Positions 1-11,850 of a stretch of 64,000 bases of DNA are shown in pieces. Origin of the DNA: Candidatus Peribacteria bacterium (lineage in GTDB: Bacteria; Patescibacteriota; Gracilibacteria; UBA1369; LOWO2-01-FULL-3). Under the pieces are notes generated by a model, which was not told where the DNA came from, ran no database searches, and was given only the letters and a program-made list of their open reading frames with translations. Numbering within the stretch: the stretch's first letter is position 1; each line of letters opens with the position of its first letter. The stretch spans positions 56 through 64,055 of the forward strand of contig CALRGJ010000007.1 in NCBI GenBank assembly GCA_943357285.1. The letters are read 5' to 3'. The position numbers and the translations under genes were made by a program.

Positions 1-2
1 CT

Positions 3-422
3 GTCACGGTAAAAGCAGTTTCAGATTCAGGTAACGGAAGCACTATAACTACCGCTTCAACTTCTTTGCCATTTTCAATGCCAAGTGTTTCTCCTGTGAA
101 AATAACGCAATGCTATTATGACAGTTATTCTAATTCATCCGGATCTATCACTTGGACAACAACCACCAACTCTAGCTATTCTTATCAATTGAATTATACG
201 ACGGATAGTAATGTGAAAAAAACAATAACTGTTTATCCAACGACTGATACTACTCATAAAGTTAGCGACAATGATTATGCACCATTTGCAAAAATGACCG
301 ATACTCATGATGCAGATATTTATAACCTCAATTACGGCGGAGATGTTAAAAGTGTTTCCCTTACACCCACAGACTCAAACGGAAAGGTTTTAGATGAATC
401 TGATGCCTGCTTACTCCAATAA
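3..422 (+). CDS. C-terminal part of a Ser/Thr-rich extracellular beta-sandwich (FN3/Ig-like) protein, truncated by the window edge
   Basis: Frame is open from position 3 (VTVKAVSDSGNGSTITT...) to TAA at 420-422; S/T/Y-rich beta-strand pattern. Confidence 0.55.
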   Translation, partial: VTVKAVSDSGNGSTITTASTSLPFSMPSVSPVKITQCYYDSYSNSSGSITWTTTTNSSYSYQLNYTTDSNVKKTITVYPTTDTTHKVSDNDYAPFAKMTDTHDADIYNLNYGGDVKSVSLTPTDSNGKVLDESDACLLQ

Positions 423-423
423 A

Positions 424-2727
424 TTATTTATAGATAATCTCGGTTTCTCCCTTTGCAAATACCCACATCATACTTGGCGTAGCCCAATAGATGGTGGTTT
501 GAGCGCCTTTTGCCTTCCAGTCGGGGAAATAGGAGTAGTTTATCAATGTACCTCCCTGAGTATCAAATTTAACGGTCATATCTTCGACTACATTTGCCAC
601 AACCTTTTCTCTTACAATTTGGTCACGATTAAATGCCAGCAATGACCTCAACAAAATATCACTTCCAATATTCACCCCAAAATCTTTAATGAATTCCACG
701 TCGCTGCTTTGGCCATTTTGTTTAAATTCCGCAGCCAATTCAGCATCAGGAGTTGCATTGAGCAGTATCAGCTTTTTCCCACTATTAAGCCATTCCTGAT
801 AGTGATTTTTGGACACTAAGCTGCCACTTGGCATACTGACTATGTAGCCACTCATTTGCTCAATTTCTTCTTTAGGAATCATTGCCAGTTTTTTCTTTGT
901 ATGAATTACCGGCATTTCAAAAAGTGCTGGTTGCTTAAACCATTCCTTGCTGAAATCCAAAAATTCCATCCCACCATTATCAATAAACAGAAGTGGTTTA
1001 TAATTAGTGGTCTCAATGAAAGGCCTAAAATCCTTCAACTCCAAGACGCTGAAATTACCCTTATCCACCAGTTTGGCAATTAGCTTTTCATCTACAGTAT
1101 CGAGAATTGTATCAGCTCCATCTTTTGTCTGTAAAATATACTGAACATTATATAAACCTAAGCGCTTAATCATAGAATTCATATCCTGCTCACTAAAGCC
1201 TGAATCCTCAAGCAACGAAGTATTTCCCCAGTTTAATGAGCTACCAACTTTTGCTATCGTTGGCAAAACAAATTGAGTGGAAAGAGCCGACTCCGCCAGT
1301 AGACCAGGAATGACCGAAATTTTATAATTTAGAGGTAAAAATGTAGCGAAGAAATGTGGCGACCCCAACGTGAATTGCAAGCTTGGTAGGCTAGGCACCA
1401 CTACACGGTTTTTGATCTGTAAACCACCTAGGTAGTCCATGACCTTCTGAGCATCGGCATTTTCCGAATATTCAGAGAAATTATATTTGTGAGTATAGTT
1501 TCTAGGATTGTCAGAAAGGTTGAATTTATCAATGTAACTTATCATCAAGGAAATGATTACAACTCCGACCAAAAGACCCTTGAAGGAATCTTCAGCGATA
1601 GGTTTCAGCTTTCCCAATTTTTTGACAATAAAAATCATTCCGGCAGTAGCAAGGAAAATATTCAGAGCAAAAATATGAGCCGTATAACGATAATAATGAA
1701 CCGGTAAGTCAAAATAAGAGACTAAATACTGACGCGGCAAAACAACCAGAGTAAGGATAAAAGCCACTGCCCAAAAGTCATTTTTGCTCTTAATTGTAAC
1801 GTAAATGCCGATCAGACTTGATATAAGAAGTAGAGCTGTTGGAATTGAGGCAAGAGCCAAACTCATTGAGTGGTCGCCATAATAAGAAGGGAAATCAAAC
1901 AGTACAAAAAGTGGATCGTTGGTTGCCCCCAATAGTCCCAATTTTTGACCTGAGCTAAAAGATAAATCACTTAAAAAAGGTATTAGCCAAAATGAGCTTA
2001 AAACAAGAGCCAGCACCCCCATTAGGAAAGCTGATTTCCAGATTTTTTTCCAATTCAAAAAAGTAAAAATAGCCAGCAACAAAAGAGTGAAAAGGAGAGT
2101 CATTGCATGGGTAATAATCAACATTGTCAAAAGCAATGTTCCCCAGATTATATTTGCTGTCCTTGGATTCCTTTTTTGTTTCTCAATAATCCCCAAAAAG
2201 AAAATCATCAAGCATATTGCAAAAAAACTTGTAAATAGGCCGACTGAAACTATCGAATCAATACCAACTCCCATATATGCCTTATCTTGAACAGCACATA
2301 AAAAGAAGGTTCCAAATATCATAGCAACGTAGCCTCCAATTTTATCAAACCAAACTCTGGCCGTATACCATATGGAAGCCAAAAACAAGAAAGGTAATGC
2401 AAACAGAAACAGATTAAATGATAGAGCCAGCCCAATCTTGCCAGCAGTCAAAAAGTGAGGAATAGACATTAAGATATAAGGGAAAGGTCCATAGAGCTTA
2501 AACACCGGGAATCCACCAAACCACAAACTATCATATCCACCAATCTGTCCCATCTTTAAATAGTCCACCATCTTAGTGAAAAGATAGAAGTGAGGAGTAG
2601 TGTCCCATCCTGGGATTACTCTATTTGTAAGCAATGGACTTAGCAGCCAACCCAATAAAAATATACTAAATCCCCAGATCAAGAGATCAAATTTATTATC
2701 TTTGAGCCAAGCAGTTAACTTTTTCAT
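424..2727 (-). CDS. Polytopic membrane protein, GT-C-like glycosyltransferase ('6-pyruvoyl-tetrahydropterin synthase-related' family)
   Basis: 767 aa, many TM helices, N-terminal GWDTTPH...WFGGFPVFKLYGP motif, C-terminal soluble domain with NYSYFPDW. Confidence 0.7.
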   Translation of the reverse strand: MKKLTAWLKDNKFDLLIWGFSIFLLGWLLSPLLTNRVIPGWDTTPHFYLFTKMVDYLKMGQIGGYDSLWFGGFPVFKLYGPFPYILMSIPHFLTAGKIGLALSFNLFLFALPFLFLASIWYTARVWFDKIGGYVAMIFGTFFLCAVQDKAYMGVGIDSIVSVGLFTSFFAICLMIFFLGIIEKQKRNPRTANIIWGTLLLTMLIITHAMTLLFTLLLLAIFTFLNWKKIWKSAFLMGVLALVLSSFWLIPFLSDLSFSSGQKLGLLGATNDPLFVLFDFPSYYGDHSMSLALASIPTALLLISSLIGIYVTIKSKNDFWAVAFILTLVVLPRQYLVSYFDLPVHYYRYTAHIFALNIFLATAGMIFIVKKLGKLKPIAEDSFKGLLVGVVIISLMISYIDKFNLSDNPRNYTHKYNFSEYSENADAQKVMDYLGGLQIKNRVVVPSLPSLQFTLGSPHFFATFLPLNYKISVIPGLLAESALSTQFVLPTIAKVGSSLNWGNTSLLEDSGFSEQDMNSMIKRLGLYNVQYILQTKDGADTILDTVDEKLIAKLVDKGNFSVLELKDFRPFIETTNYKPLLFIDNGGMEFLDFSKEWFKQPALFEMPVIHTKKKLAMIPKEEIEQMSGYIVSMPSGSLVSKNHYQEWLNSGKKLILLNATPDAELAAEFKQNGQSSDVEFIKDFGVNIGSDILLRSLLAFNRDQIVREKVVANVVEDMTVKFDTQGGTLINYSYFPDWKAKGAQTTIYWATPSMMWVFAKGETEIIYK

Positions 2728-2827
2728 AGGTGAGTGTGTCCAATTCTATCCTCAAATCATTTCTAAATCCACCTTTATACAATTGATTTTTGAAGCCAAA
2801 AATGGTATAATTATTAGATTTAAAAAT

Positions 2828-3658
2828 ATGAAAAAAACACAAACAAAATTAGTGGCCTTTATATTCACCTTGATTGCCTTGGGAGTTTTGAGCTCAAGTA
2901 CCTTTGTATATGCTGAGCCTCCTAGTATAAACATCGTTATTCCTGGTGATAACCCTACTCCTCCATGTACAGAGGGAGCACTTTCCAGTAATAACACTTT
3001 ACTCTGTCAAAACGGAGTCAATGTACTGTGTAATTCAAGCAAAGAAGGTACCAAGAGTATTGATGGTACTTTACAGTGTAAAACCAATAAGTGGCAGGCA
3101 GTATCTGTAAATTCTGATGACAAAAATCCATCCACACCCACCTCTCTAATAAGCAAAGTGAGCGTAGTCCCAGCATCTTTCAATCCATCTATAGACAGTA
3201 CTAAAATTAGCTACACTACTAGTCTTAAGTCGATTATTGAAGTTAAAATCACAGATAGCTTAGGAAAAACTGTAAGTACGCTAACGGACAACCAGACGCT
3301 TTCTGCCGGTTCCTATTATGTTATCTGGTACGGAACAGTAAATAACACTCAAGGAGGGACAGTGCTTCACTCAGGTACTTACAAATACAAGATTACAGCA
3401 AAGAATATTAAGACAAATAAAATTGAAGATACTAAAGAAGGTAATATTAATTTAATCTTCGCGGCTCAACAATCTCCTGTTATTGATCCAGAAACAACCA
3501 ATCCGGGTCCAACTGCAGAAGAACTTGCCGCTCAAGCGAAGGCAACTCTCGCACTCCAAAACGCTAAGAAAGGTAAGACTGCGAAAGTAGGTCCGGGAAT
3601 TCTTATCTATAGTATATTTCCAATAATCGGATACATAGCTTCACGCAGAAGAAAATAG
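2828..3658 (+). CDS. Secreted/surface protein with FlgD-like Ig domain and C-terminal TM anchor
   Basis: Signal peptide MKKTQTKL...VYA; FlgD-like PASFNP..TKISY...AGSYYVIWYG...SGTYKYKI; C-terminal hydrophobic helix plus RRRK. Start moved to ATG 2828. Confidence 0.7.
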   Translation: MKKTQTKLVAFIFTLIALGVLSSSTFVYAEPPSINIVIPGDNPTPPCTEGALSSNNTLLCQNGVNVLCNSSKEGTKSIDGTLQCKTNKWQAVSVNSDDKNPSTPTSLISKVSVVPASFNPSIDSTKISYTTSLKSIIEVKITDSLGKTVSTLTDNQTLSAGSYYVIWYGTVNNTQGGTVLHSGTYKYKITAKNIKTNKIEDTKEGNINLIFAAQQSPVIDPETTNPGPTAEELAAQAKATLALQNAKKGKTAKVGPGILIYSIFPIIGYIASRRRK

Positions 3659-3756
3659 TCATAATATAGAGGACGACTTCAGTCTTTGACAATTTCCAGA
3701 CCGGGGACTACACTCCAGACATAAGGGCTTTCCTTCGTTGTTTAACAATCAAGATC

Positions 3757-3981
3757 ATGACTATGTTCGTCACTTTGATGATTTTGATATTAATAGGCTC
3801 TACGTCACTTTGCTTAATCGTAGTAGGGCGGGTTTTTGCGTACAATAGAAAGTATAAACTTCCCGAATCCAAATACACCAAACTCTTTGGCGTCATATCA
3901 AAGGACCACGTTGTAATTGTTTACATGTTTTTTGTACTTTTAAATCTTACGATTGGCGTTTGGTACATCTTTAAAATTTGA
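3757..3981 (+). CDS. Small two-TM membrane protein
   Basis: 74 aa, two hydrophobic segments, 3 nt from the next gene. Confidence 0.55.
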   Translation: MTMFVTLMILILIGSTSLCLIVVGRVFAYNRKYKLPESKYTKLFGVISKDHVVIVYMFFVLLNLTIGVWYIFKI

Positions 3982-3984
3982 TTT

Positions 3985-4590
3985 ATGGATGATAACAAGG
4001 ATCTATACTTTAAAGGACAACAAGGAAATGAATTATTCATTTGTTTTTTTAGACATCACTGGATTTCTCTTCTGAAAGAATTTGTTTATTTTGGCATCTT
4101 CGTGGGGATAATAGTTTTAATTCTTTTGAAAACAGGTGAAATTCAAAAAATTATTCACGATAGCCGTGAACTGCGATTTCTATTCATTACAGGTTTTTTA
4201 GTTGGAACCGTTTATATTCATCGATTTTTCATGAAGCTTTTCAATCATTATTTATCAGTCTCAATTATCACAGATCGTAGACTAATTGATCACCACAAAA
4301 CACTTTTTTTTACAGACACTATGGATGCAGTGGATATGGCCCAAATTCAGAATATTGAAAGAATAGGAGAGGGGCTCCTACCAAACCTTCTCAAATATGG
4401 AGACATAAAAATATATTTAAGTTCATCAGCAGCTTTTAGAACTTTCGATTGTGTACCCAACGACAAGTTCCATTTCAGATGCATCACCAGACAAAAGGAA
4501 GCTTTGCAACAACAATTACAAGAGCGCCAACACCTAGGTATTAACACGCACGATCAAGTTATAGAACAACTCCACAAAGCAAATCCCTGA
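3985..4590 (+). CDS. Membrane protein with bacterial PH-like (bPH_2) domain
   Basis: RHHW + 2 TM + IITDRRLID...IQNIE...LLKYGDIKI pattern typical of CPR PH-domain proteins. Confidence 0.7.
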   Translation: MDDNKDLYFKGQQGNELFICFFRHHWISLLKEFVYFGIFVGIIVLILLKTGEIQKIIHDSRELRFLFITGFLVGTVYIHRFFMKLFNHYLSVSIITDRRLIDHHKTLFFTDTMDAVDMAQIQNIERIGEGLLPNLLKYGDIKIYLSSSAAFRTFDCVPNDKFHFRCITRQKEALQQQLQERQHLGINTHDQVIEQLHKANP

Positions 4591-4661
4591 GCGCAAAGCG
4601 CGAAGGCGCAGCAAGTGAAGCAAGTGGCTTCGCCACTGCTGAACGAAGCGAGCTTATAAAA
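4585..4661. repeat. REP-like palindromic intergenic element
   Basis: Small hairpins CGC-AAA-GCG and GTGGC-TTC-GCCAC; CGAAGCGAGCTTATAAAA (4644-4661) recurs with one mismatch at 17511-17528. Confidence 0.45.
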
Positions 4662-4736
4662 AGAGCAAAATTTTAGTATTGCTTTTTGGATAAATCCCGC
4701 TATTGTGTTTTGAGAATTTTTTAACCAATTCACAAC

Positions 4737-4952
4737 ATGGACAAGAATCTATTCGTAGCGTTAACAATCACACTTGGAGGAGCAATGCCTGCTTTCGCAA
4801 TTGGATGGTTAGCATCTAAAGCAATGGAAGCTATGGGAAGAAACCCAGAAGCAGCTAAGTCAATTCAGAGTGCTATGATCCTTGCAACAGCTTTCTGTGA
4901 AGCTATCGCTATCTACGGACTAGTAGTTGCTTTGATTATCAAGTTTGTATAG
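4737..4952 (+). CDS. atpE: ATP synthase F0 subunit c
   Basis: GRNPEA loop, carboxylate in FCEAIAIYG, two TM helices. Confidence 0.97.
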   Translation: MDKNLFVALTITLGGAMPAFAIGWLASKAMEAMGRNPEAAKSIQSAMILATAFCEAIAIYGLVVALIIKFV

Positions 4953-4981
4953 TAAGGAAAACCTAAAATTAATAATTACTC

Positions 4982-5482
4982 ATGGAAATCATATCCACAT
5001 TAGGTATTGATCCTAAGTTAATCCTTGCTCAGGTAGTAAATTTTCTTATACTTTTCTTTGTTTTAAAGAAACTAGTTTACAAGCCTGTCGTGGCTCTTCT
5101 TGAAAAAAGAAGAACTATGGTAGAGCAAAGTGTTCACAATTCTAAAAAAATTGAGGAACGTCTTGCTGCACTTGAAGACGAAAGAAAGAAAATTCTTTCA
5201 GAAGCTTCTTCTAACGCTATGGCCGCTATGGAACAGGCGAAGAAGGATGCCTCAGAGGAACATCATAAAGCTATGGTTACGGCTAAGAAAGAAATTTCTG
5301 CTTTGGCAGAACGCTACCGTGGTCAGCTGAAAGATGAAAAAGATCAAATGTTTGAAGACCTTAAGGCTGATGTTGCAAATCTTATCGTAACTAGCTGCGA
5401 AAAAATTCTTCGCAAGGAGTTTGGTAAAGATGATCAAAGACGTCTTGAGACAGCTATTAAAAATGAAATCAATTCTAAATGA
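4982..5482 (+). CDS. atpF: ATP synthase F0 subunit b
   Basis: LGID..LILAQVVNFLILFFVL...YKP..LLEKR followed by a coiled coil. Confidence 0.96.
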   Translation: MEIISTLGIDPKLILAQVVNFLILFFVLKKLVYKPVVALLEKRRTMVEQSVHNSKKIEERLAALEDERKKILSEASSNAMAAMEQAKKDASEEHHKAMVTAKKEISALAERYRGQLKDEKDQMFEDLKADVANLIVTSCEKILRKEFGKDDQRRLETAIKNEINSK

Positions 5483-5883
5483 AAGTTTCTTTAAGAAAAT
5501 ATGCCAAAGCGCTTTGTGAATCCTTAGATAAAGAAAAGGACGCTAAAGTTGTAAATCAAAAGATCCAAAATCTTCTTAATATTTTGACTAAGCGCAAGCA
5601 AGGCAAAATGATTAGACAACTTCCTGCCGCTTTCAAAAACTTATGGTTCAAAATGCATGACCAGATGGATGTAAAAGTTGTTCTGGCTGAAGCTCCTACT
5701 AAGGAAGAAGTAAAAAATATTGAAAAGTTGCTCAGCGCTGCTTTCGATAAAGATGTCATTATCACTACTAGTGTCGATCCAGACGTTATTGGTGGTATGA
5801 AATTGGAATTCGACGATTCCATTATTGATAATACTGTATCAGCCAACCTTGAAAAACTTAAACAACACCTAACAGAGCGCTAA
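5479..5883 (+). CDS. atpH: ATP synthase F1 subunit delta (short form)
   Basis: YAKAL N-terminus, VDPDVIGGMKL..DD.IID.TV C-terminus, operon position. Confidence 0.93.
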   Translation: MKVSLRKYAKALCESLDKEKDAKVVNQKIQNLLNILTKRKQGKMIRQLPAAFKNLWFKMHDQMDVKVVLAEAPTKEEVKNIEKLLSAAFDKDVIITTSVDPDVIGGMKLEFDDSIIDNTVSANLEKLKQHLTER

Positions 5884-5932
5884 ACGCTCAAGCGAGCCTA
5901 AGGGTGAGCCGAAATGAGCGAAGCGAAATCCC
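5875..5932. repeat. REP-like palindromic intergenic element between atpH and atpA
   Basis: GAGCG-CTAAA-CGCTC hairpin and GAGCGAAGCGA motif related to the element at 4585-4661. Confidence 0.35.
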
Positions 5933-5953
5933 AAACTAATTAACTCCCAACAA

Positions 5954-7459
5954 ATGGAAACCAAAGATCAAATTTTAGACTCACTCAAACAACAGATTGA
6001 GAATTTCAAAACATCAGCCAAAGTAGAAAAAGTTGGCCACGTTATTGAGGTGGGTGATGGTATTGCCCGTATTTCCGGTCTTTCCACTGTAGCATCTCAA
6101 GAGATGGTGGAGTTTAAGAATGGTGAAATTGGTGTAGCTTTAAACCTTGAAGAAGACACTGTTGGTGCCATTATTCTTGGTAGCGATAAGGCTATTAAGG
6201 AAGGTGATGAGGTTCGTACTACAGGAAAAATCCTTTCATTGCCAGTTGGTGAGGCATTGATAGGACGTGTAGTTGATCCACTTGGTCGTCCTCAAGACGG
6301 TAAAGGTGCTATCAAGGCGAGCAAAATGTATCCAATCGAGAAAATTGCTCCTCGTGTAATTAAAAGAAAATCAGTAAGTCAGCCAGTACAAACTGGTATT
6401 AAAGCTATCGACTCCATGATTCCAGTTGGACGTGGTCAACGTGAGCTTATTATCGGAGATCGTCAGACTGGTAAAACTGCTATCGCTATCGATACTATCA
6501 TCAACCAGAAAGGTCAGGATATGATTTGTATCTACGTAGCTATCGGTCAGAAAGAATCAAAAATTGCTAAAATTGCTAATACATTAGAAGAACATGGAGC
6601 GATGGATTATACAATCATCGTTCGTACTTCTGCTTGTGACCCAGCATCTTTGAGTTATTTGGCTCCATTCGCAGGTTGCGCTATGGGTGAATACTTCTTG
6701 GATCAAGGAAAAGATGTACTCGTTATTTACGATGATCTTTCCAAACATGCTTGGGCATATCGTGAAATTTCTTTGCTTTTGAGACGTCCACCTGGACGTG
6801 AAGCTTATCCTGGAGATGTATTCTATCTCCACTCCCGTTTATTGGAACGCGCTTGTCGTTTGGATGAAAAATATGGTGGTGGTTCATTAACTGCTTTGCC
6901 TATCATCGAAACACAGTCAGGCGACGTATCTGCTTACATTCCTACGAATGTAATCTCAATCACTGATGGACAGATTTACCTTGAAACAGATTTATTCTAC
7001 AAAGGTATTCGTCCAGCTCTAAACGTGGGTCTTTCCGTTTCACGTGTAGGTTCTGCTGCTCAAATTAAAGCGATGAAGAAAGTAGCTGGTAAGCTCAAAC
7101 TTGAGCTCGCTCAGTATCGTGAGTTGGCTGTATTTGCCCAATTCGGATCTGATCTTGATGAGGCTACAAAGAGACAATTAAACAAAGGTGATCGTCTATC
7201 AGAAATGTTGAAACAGAGACAATATTCACCAGTTCCAGTAGAAAAACAGGTAGTAATTCTTTATGCAGGTATTAATGAATATCTCGATAAAGTACCTGTA
7301 GACCAAGTACATACTTACGAACAAAAATTATACACATACATCGAGGCTAAACATCCTGAAATTTTCAAGGATATTAGAGAAAAGAAAGAAATGACTGCTG
7401 ATACGGAAGCTAAGTTGAAACACGTTCTTACAACTTTCAACGCTGAAATTAAGTTTTAA
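5954..7459 (+). CDS. atpA: ATP synthase F1 subunit alpha
   Basis: [46 protein letters not shown]. Confidence 0.99.
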   Translation: METKDQILDSLKQQIENFKTSAKVEKVGHVIEVGDGIARISGLSTVASQEMVEFKNGEIGVALNLEEDTVGAIILGSDKAIKEGDEVRTTGKILSLPVGEALIGRVVDPLGRPQDGKGAIKASKMYPIEKIAPRVIKRKSVSQPVQTGIKAIDSMIPVGRGQRELIIGDRQTGKTAIAIDTIINQKGQDMICIYVAIGQKESKIAKIANTLEEHGAMDYTIIVRTSACDPASLSYLAPFAGCAMGEYFLDQGKDVLVIYDDLSKHAWAYREISLLLRRPPGREAYPGDVFYLHSRLLERACRLDEKYGGGSLTALPIIETQSGDVSAYIPTNVISITDGQIYLETDLFYKGIRPALNVGLSVSRVGSAAQIKAMKKVAGKLKLELAQYRELAVFAQFGSDLDEATKRQLNKGDRLSEMLKQRQYSPVPVEKQVVILYAGINEYLDKVPVDQVHTYEQKLYTYIEAKHPEIFKDIREKKEMTADTEAKLKHVLTTFNAEIKF

Positions 7460-7481
7460 TAGCCCTTAGGCTCCACAACAC

Positions 7482-8396
7482 ATGGCAAATTCCGTCAAAG
7501 ACATTAAGCGCAAAATTAAATCTATTCGTTCCACTCGTCAGATCACTAAGGCGATGGAATTAGTAGCTACTTCAAAAATGAAGAAAGCTGTAGAAGGTGC
7601 GGTAAATCTTCGCTCATATGGCTATCTCGCAATGAATATTTTGCTAAAACTTTCAAAAAAACATCAACATCTTCATGCTTATCTTCAGCCACGCGAAGTG
7701 AAGAATGTTCTAGTGGTTTTGTTTACAACTGATAAAGGACTTTGTGGTGGTTTGAACACAAATCTTTTCAAAAAACTTACTCAAACTGTTAGCAAGGTTC
7801 AGCAAGAAAACCCTACTGCTAAGTTGCACTTTGTGGCTTCCGGTAGAAAGGGTGCTGAGTTTATGCATCGCTCTGGCAAAGAAGTTAAGATGGCTTTCCC
7901 AGCATATTCAAATCATCCGAAATTTTCAGATATTTTCCCTATGAGTAAAGTAGCTCTAAAAGGTTTTGAAAAAGGTGATTACGATAAGGTTATCGTGATT
8001 TACCCTGACTTTGTTTCTACATTAACTCAAAAACCTGTTACTAAAACTTTACTCCCATTCTCTCCTGATGTTTTCTCTGAAATGATGCAGGAATTGGGAT
8101 CTAAATTTACAAAGATTGCTGCACCATCTGAAAAGGACGCAGATTACAAACTCGAACCATCCCCTGAATATATCGTTACTAATATCGTTCCTCAATTAGT
8201 TGAGGTTCAGTTATTCCAAGCTGTTTTGGAAAGCACTGCTTCTGAGCATTCTGCTCGTATGGTAGCCATGCAAAATGCTACTAAAGCTGCGAATGATCTA
8301 TTGGGTGATCTCGTTCTCACTTATAACCAAGCTCGTCAGGCTAGTATTACTGCGGAAATCGCAGAAATCGCGGCAAGTACGGCTGTTCTTTCTTAA
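7482..8396 (+). CDS. atpG: ATP synthase F1 subunit gamma
   Basis: QITKAMELV, DKGLCGGLN, SEHSARMVAM.NAT, YNQARQASIT.EI. Confidence 0.99.
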   Translation: MANSVKDIKRKIKSIRSTRQITKAMELVATSKMKKAVEGAVNLRSYGYLAMNILLKLSKKHQHLHAYLQPREVKNVLVVLFTTDKGLCGGLNTNLFKKLTQTVSKVQQENPTAKLHFVASGRKGAEFMHRSGKEVKMAFPAYSNHPKFSDIFPMSKVALKGFEKGDYDKVIVIYPDFVSTLTQKPVTKTLLPFSPDVFSEMMQELGSKFTKIAAPSEKDADYKLEPSPEYIVTNIVPQLVEVQLFQAVLESTASEHSARMVAMQNATKAANDLLGDLVLTYNQARQASITAEIAEIAASTAVLS

Positions 8397-8408
8397 TAAT
8401 TTATTTAA

Positions 8409-9785
<1,377 letters not shown>

Positions 9786-9798
9786 TCAAGAAAATCCA

Positions 9799-10245
9799 AT
9801 GGCAGCTAAACAAATCCAATTCAAAATAGTCACTCCAGAAAAGATACTTTACGATGCTATGGTTGAAGGTGTTTCTTTCCCCACAGTTGAAGGAGAAATC
9901 ACCGTTTTACCTCATCATATTCCTATCCTTTCCGCAGTAAAACCTGGAGAGTTGAAGATTAAGATAAATGGTAAAGAAGAATTTTTCCACGTAACTTCAG
10001 GAGTTTTGGAAGTAGATGGAGAATCAATTACATTGCTTACGGATGCGGCTGAACGTGCCAATGAAGTTAACGAAAAACGTGCTCAAGAAGCTGTGGAGCG
10101 CGCTCAAGCAATTATGTCTGAGAAACGTCATGATGAAGAAGGTTACATTGAGGCTGTTGCCGAGATGGAACGCGCATTATCTCGTATCAGAATTGCAAAG
10201 AAACATCGTCACGGAGGATCAAGGGCTTCACTTAACGATGAATAA
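9799..10245 (+). CDS. atpC: ATP synthase F1 subunit epsilon
   Basis: IVTPEK, GEITVLPHH.P, GVLEV plus C-terminal helices. Confidence 0.97.
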   Translation: MAAKQIQFKIVTPEKILYDAMVEGVSFPTVEGEITVLPHHIPILSAVKPGELKIKINGKEEFFHVTSGVLEVDGESITLLTDAAERANEVNEKRAQEAVERAQAIMSEKRHDEEGYIEAVAEMERALSRIRIAKKHRHGGSRASLNDE

Positions 10246-10499
10246 TGAAAAAAACTGAACCTAAATCTGATAAACAATGGTCACCATACAGTCTCGCACT
10301 CAACATAGGTTACATGATAGTCACACCAATTCTGGTATTTGGAATTGGAGGAGTGCTCTTGGACAGGTATTTAAGCGTTTTTCCAATCTTCACGTTCATA
10401 GGGTTCTTTCTCGCAATGACCTCAGGACTAGTGATCGTCTACAAGAAAAGTAAAGACATGATAGAAGGCATTAATTCCCAAACTACACCTAAAAAATAA
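10245..10499 (+). CDS. AtpZ/AtpI family (ATPase gene 1) membrane protein
   Basis: 84 aa, G..LDRYL...P.FT..G two-TM signature, directly upstream of atpB. Confidence 0.8.
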   Translation: MKKTEPKSDKQWSPYSLALNIGYMIVTPILVFGIGGVLLDRYLSVFPIFTFIGFFLAMTSGLVIVYKKSKDMIEGINSQTTPKK

Positions 10500-10501
10500 T
10501 T

Positions 10502-11263
10502 ATGGCAGCAACATTTGTCCCACCTACACTAGGCTCAGAAACACTTTTCCATATTGGTAGTTTTGAAGTAAGAAATACTATTATCACAGCTGTGATGACT
10601 TTGCTTTTATTAACTATAGTTGGACTTGTTTTGAGACGTAAGAAGTACGCTCTGGTTCCTGGAGGTTTTCAAAATTTCGTTGAGGCCATTATTGAAGGAC
10701 TTTTTGACTTCTTCGATAGCGTAGTTGGTGATCGCAAAAAAACTGAAAGATTTTTCCCAATCGTTGCTACAATTTTCTTCTTTGTAATTATCTCCAACTG
10801 GATGGGTCTACTTCCAGGTTTTGGTAGTATTGGTTTTTGGGCCGAACATAACGGACATACTGTTCTAGTTCCATTTTTGCGTTCCACCTTTGCCGACGTT
10901 AATATGACTTTTGCACTCGCTCTCGTATCTGTTACATCATGTCAGATCATGGGATTCTCCATGCTCGGATTGAAAGGATACGGCGGTAAGTTTTTTGTAA
11001 ATCCATTCAGAGATCCTATCGGTTGTTTCGTTGGTATCCTCGAGTTATTCTCAGAATTTTCCAAAATGATCTCATTCTCCTTCCGTCTTTTCGGAAACGT
11101 ATTCGCAGGAGAAGTTCTATTGCTCGTAATAAGCTTCTTGGTACCGGTAATAGCTCCATTACCATTCTACGGACTAGAGCTCTTCGTAGGCTTCATTCAG
11201 GCCCTCGTGTTCTCTTTCCTTACATTGGTATTCTTGAACATCGCGACTACTTCTCACCACTAG
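10502..11263 (+). CDS. atpB: ATP synthase F0 subunit a
   Basis: [41 protein letters not shown]. Confidence 0.98.
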   Translation: MAATFVPPTLGSETLFHIGSFEVRNTIITAVMTLLLLTIVGLVLRRKKYALVPGGFQNFVEAIIEGLFDFFDSVVGDRKKTERFFPIVATIFFFVIISNWMGLLPGFGSIGFWAEHNGHTVLVPFLRSTFADVNMTFALALVSVTSCQIMGFSMLGLKGYGGKFFVNPFRDPIGCFVGILELFSEFSKMISFSFRLFGNVFAGEVLLLVISFLVPVIAPLPFYGLELFVGFIQALVFSFLTLVFLNIATTSHH

Positions 11264-11277
11264 GAGGTTTTACAACT

Positions 11278-11307
11278 AAAAAGAGGAGCCTTTAGGACTC
11301 CTCATTT
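11278..11307. terminator. Probable bidirectional intrinsic terminator after the atp operon
   Basis: GAGGAG-CCTTTAGGA-CTCCTC hairpin between convergent genes, A/T tracts on both sides. Confidence 0.55.
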
Positions 11308-11326
11308 ATATTTGTGATTAATCTTT

Positions 11327-11731
11327 TTACTGAGCCTTTCTAATCTCTTTTCCATTCAAGAAAAGTCTCATTTCCGGTAATGCCTGAAGCTTAGTAAGAG
11401 TTTCCTCTTCTCTTAGATCCATTTCAAATGGTTTCAAAGGAAGCTCAGCTAGTAGACCGAATAGTTTCTCTCTAGCCAAAGCCAAATCTTCCGTAGTCTT
11501 TAGCTGCATCTCTCTTAGTTTAGCGTAGAATTCAGTTTTTCTTAGCTCTCCTAATTCTTGTTCTTCAAAATCCTTCACCTGAGCTTTTAACTCTTTCAAA
11601 GCCTTCTTTAATTCCAAATAATGCTCTTCTTCAATTTTTTCCTCTTCTTTAATATCCTTCTTTACACTCTTTAGCTCCTCCTCAAATTTGCGAAGCTCCT
11701 TAATGGCCAATTGGATCTTATCGTGAATCAT
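11327..11731 (-). CDS. Hypothetical coiled-coil protein
   Basis: 134 aa, E/K-rich heptads. Confidence 0.75.
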   Translation of the reverse strand: MIHDKIQLAIKELRKFEEELKSVKKDIKEEEKIEEEHYLELKKALKELKAQVKDFEEQELGELRKTEFYAKLREMQLKTTEDLALAREKLFGLLAELPLKPFEMDLREEETLTKLQALPEMRLFLNGKEIRKAQ

Positions 11732-11850
11732 ATGTTTATATTAAAAAATCCCGCAAATTCTAACATGAAATTTTCTCGGAATATAGTCCTATGTGGCCAC
11801 TTAAGTAACAAAGCCGTTACATTTTTAATTTATGTGCTATACTATCCATC

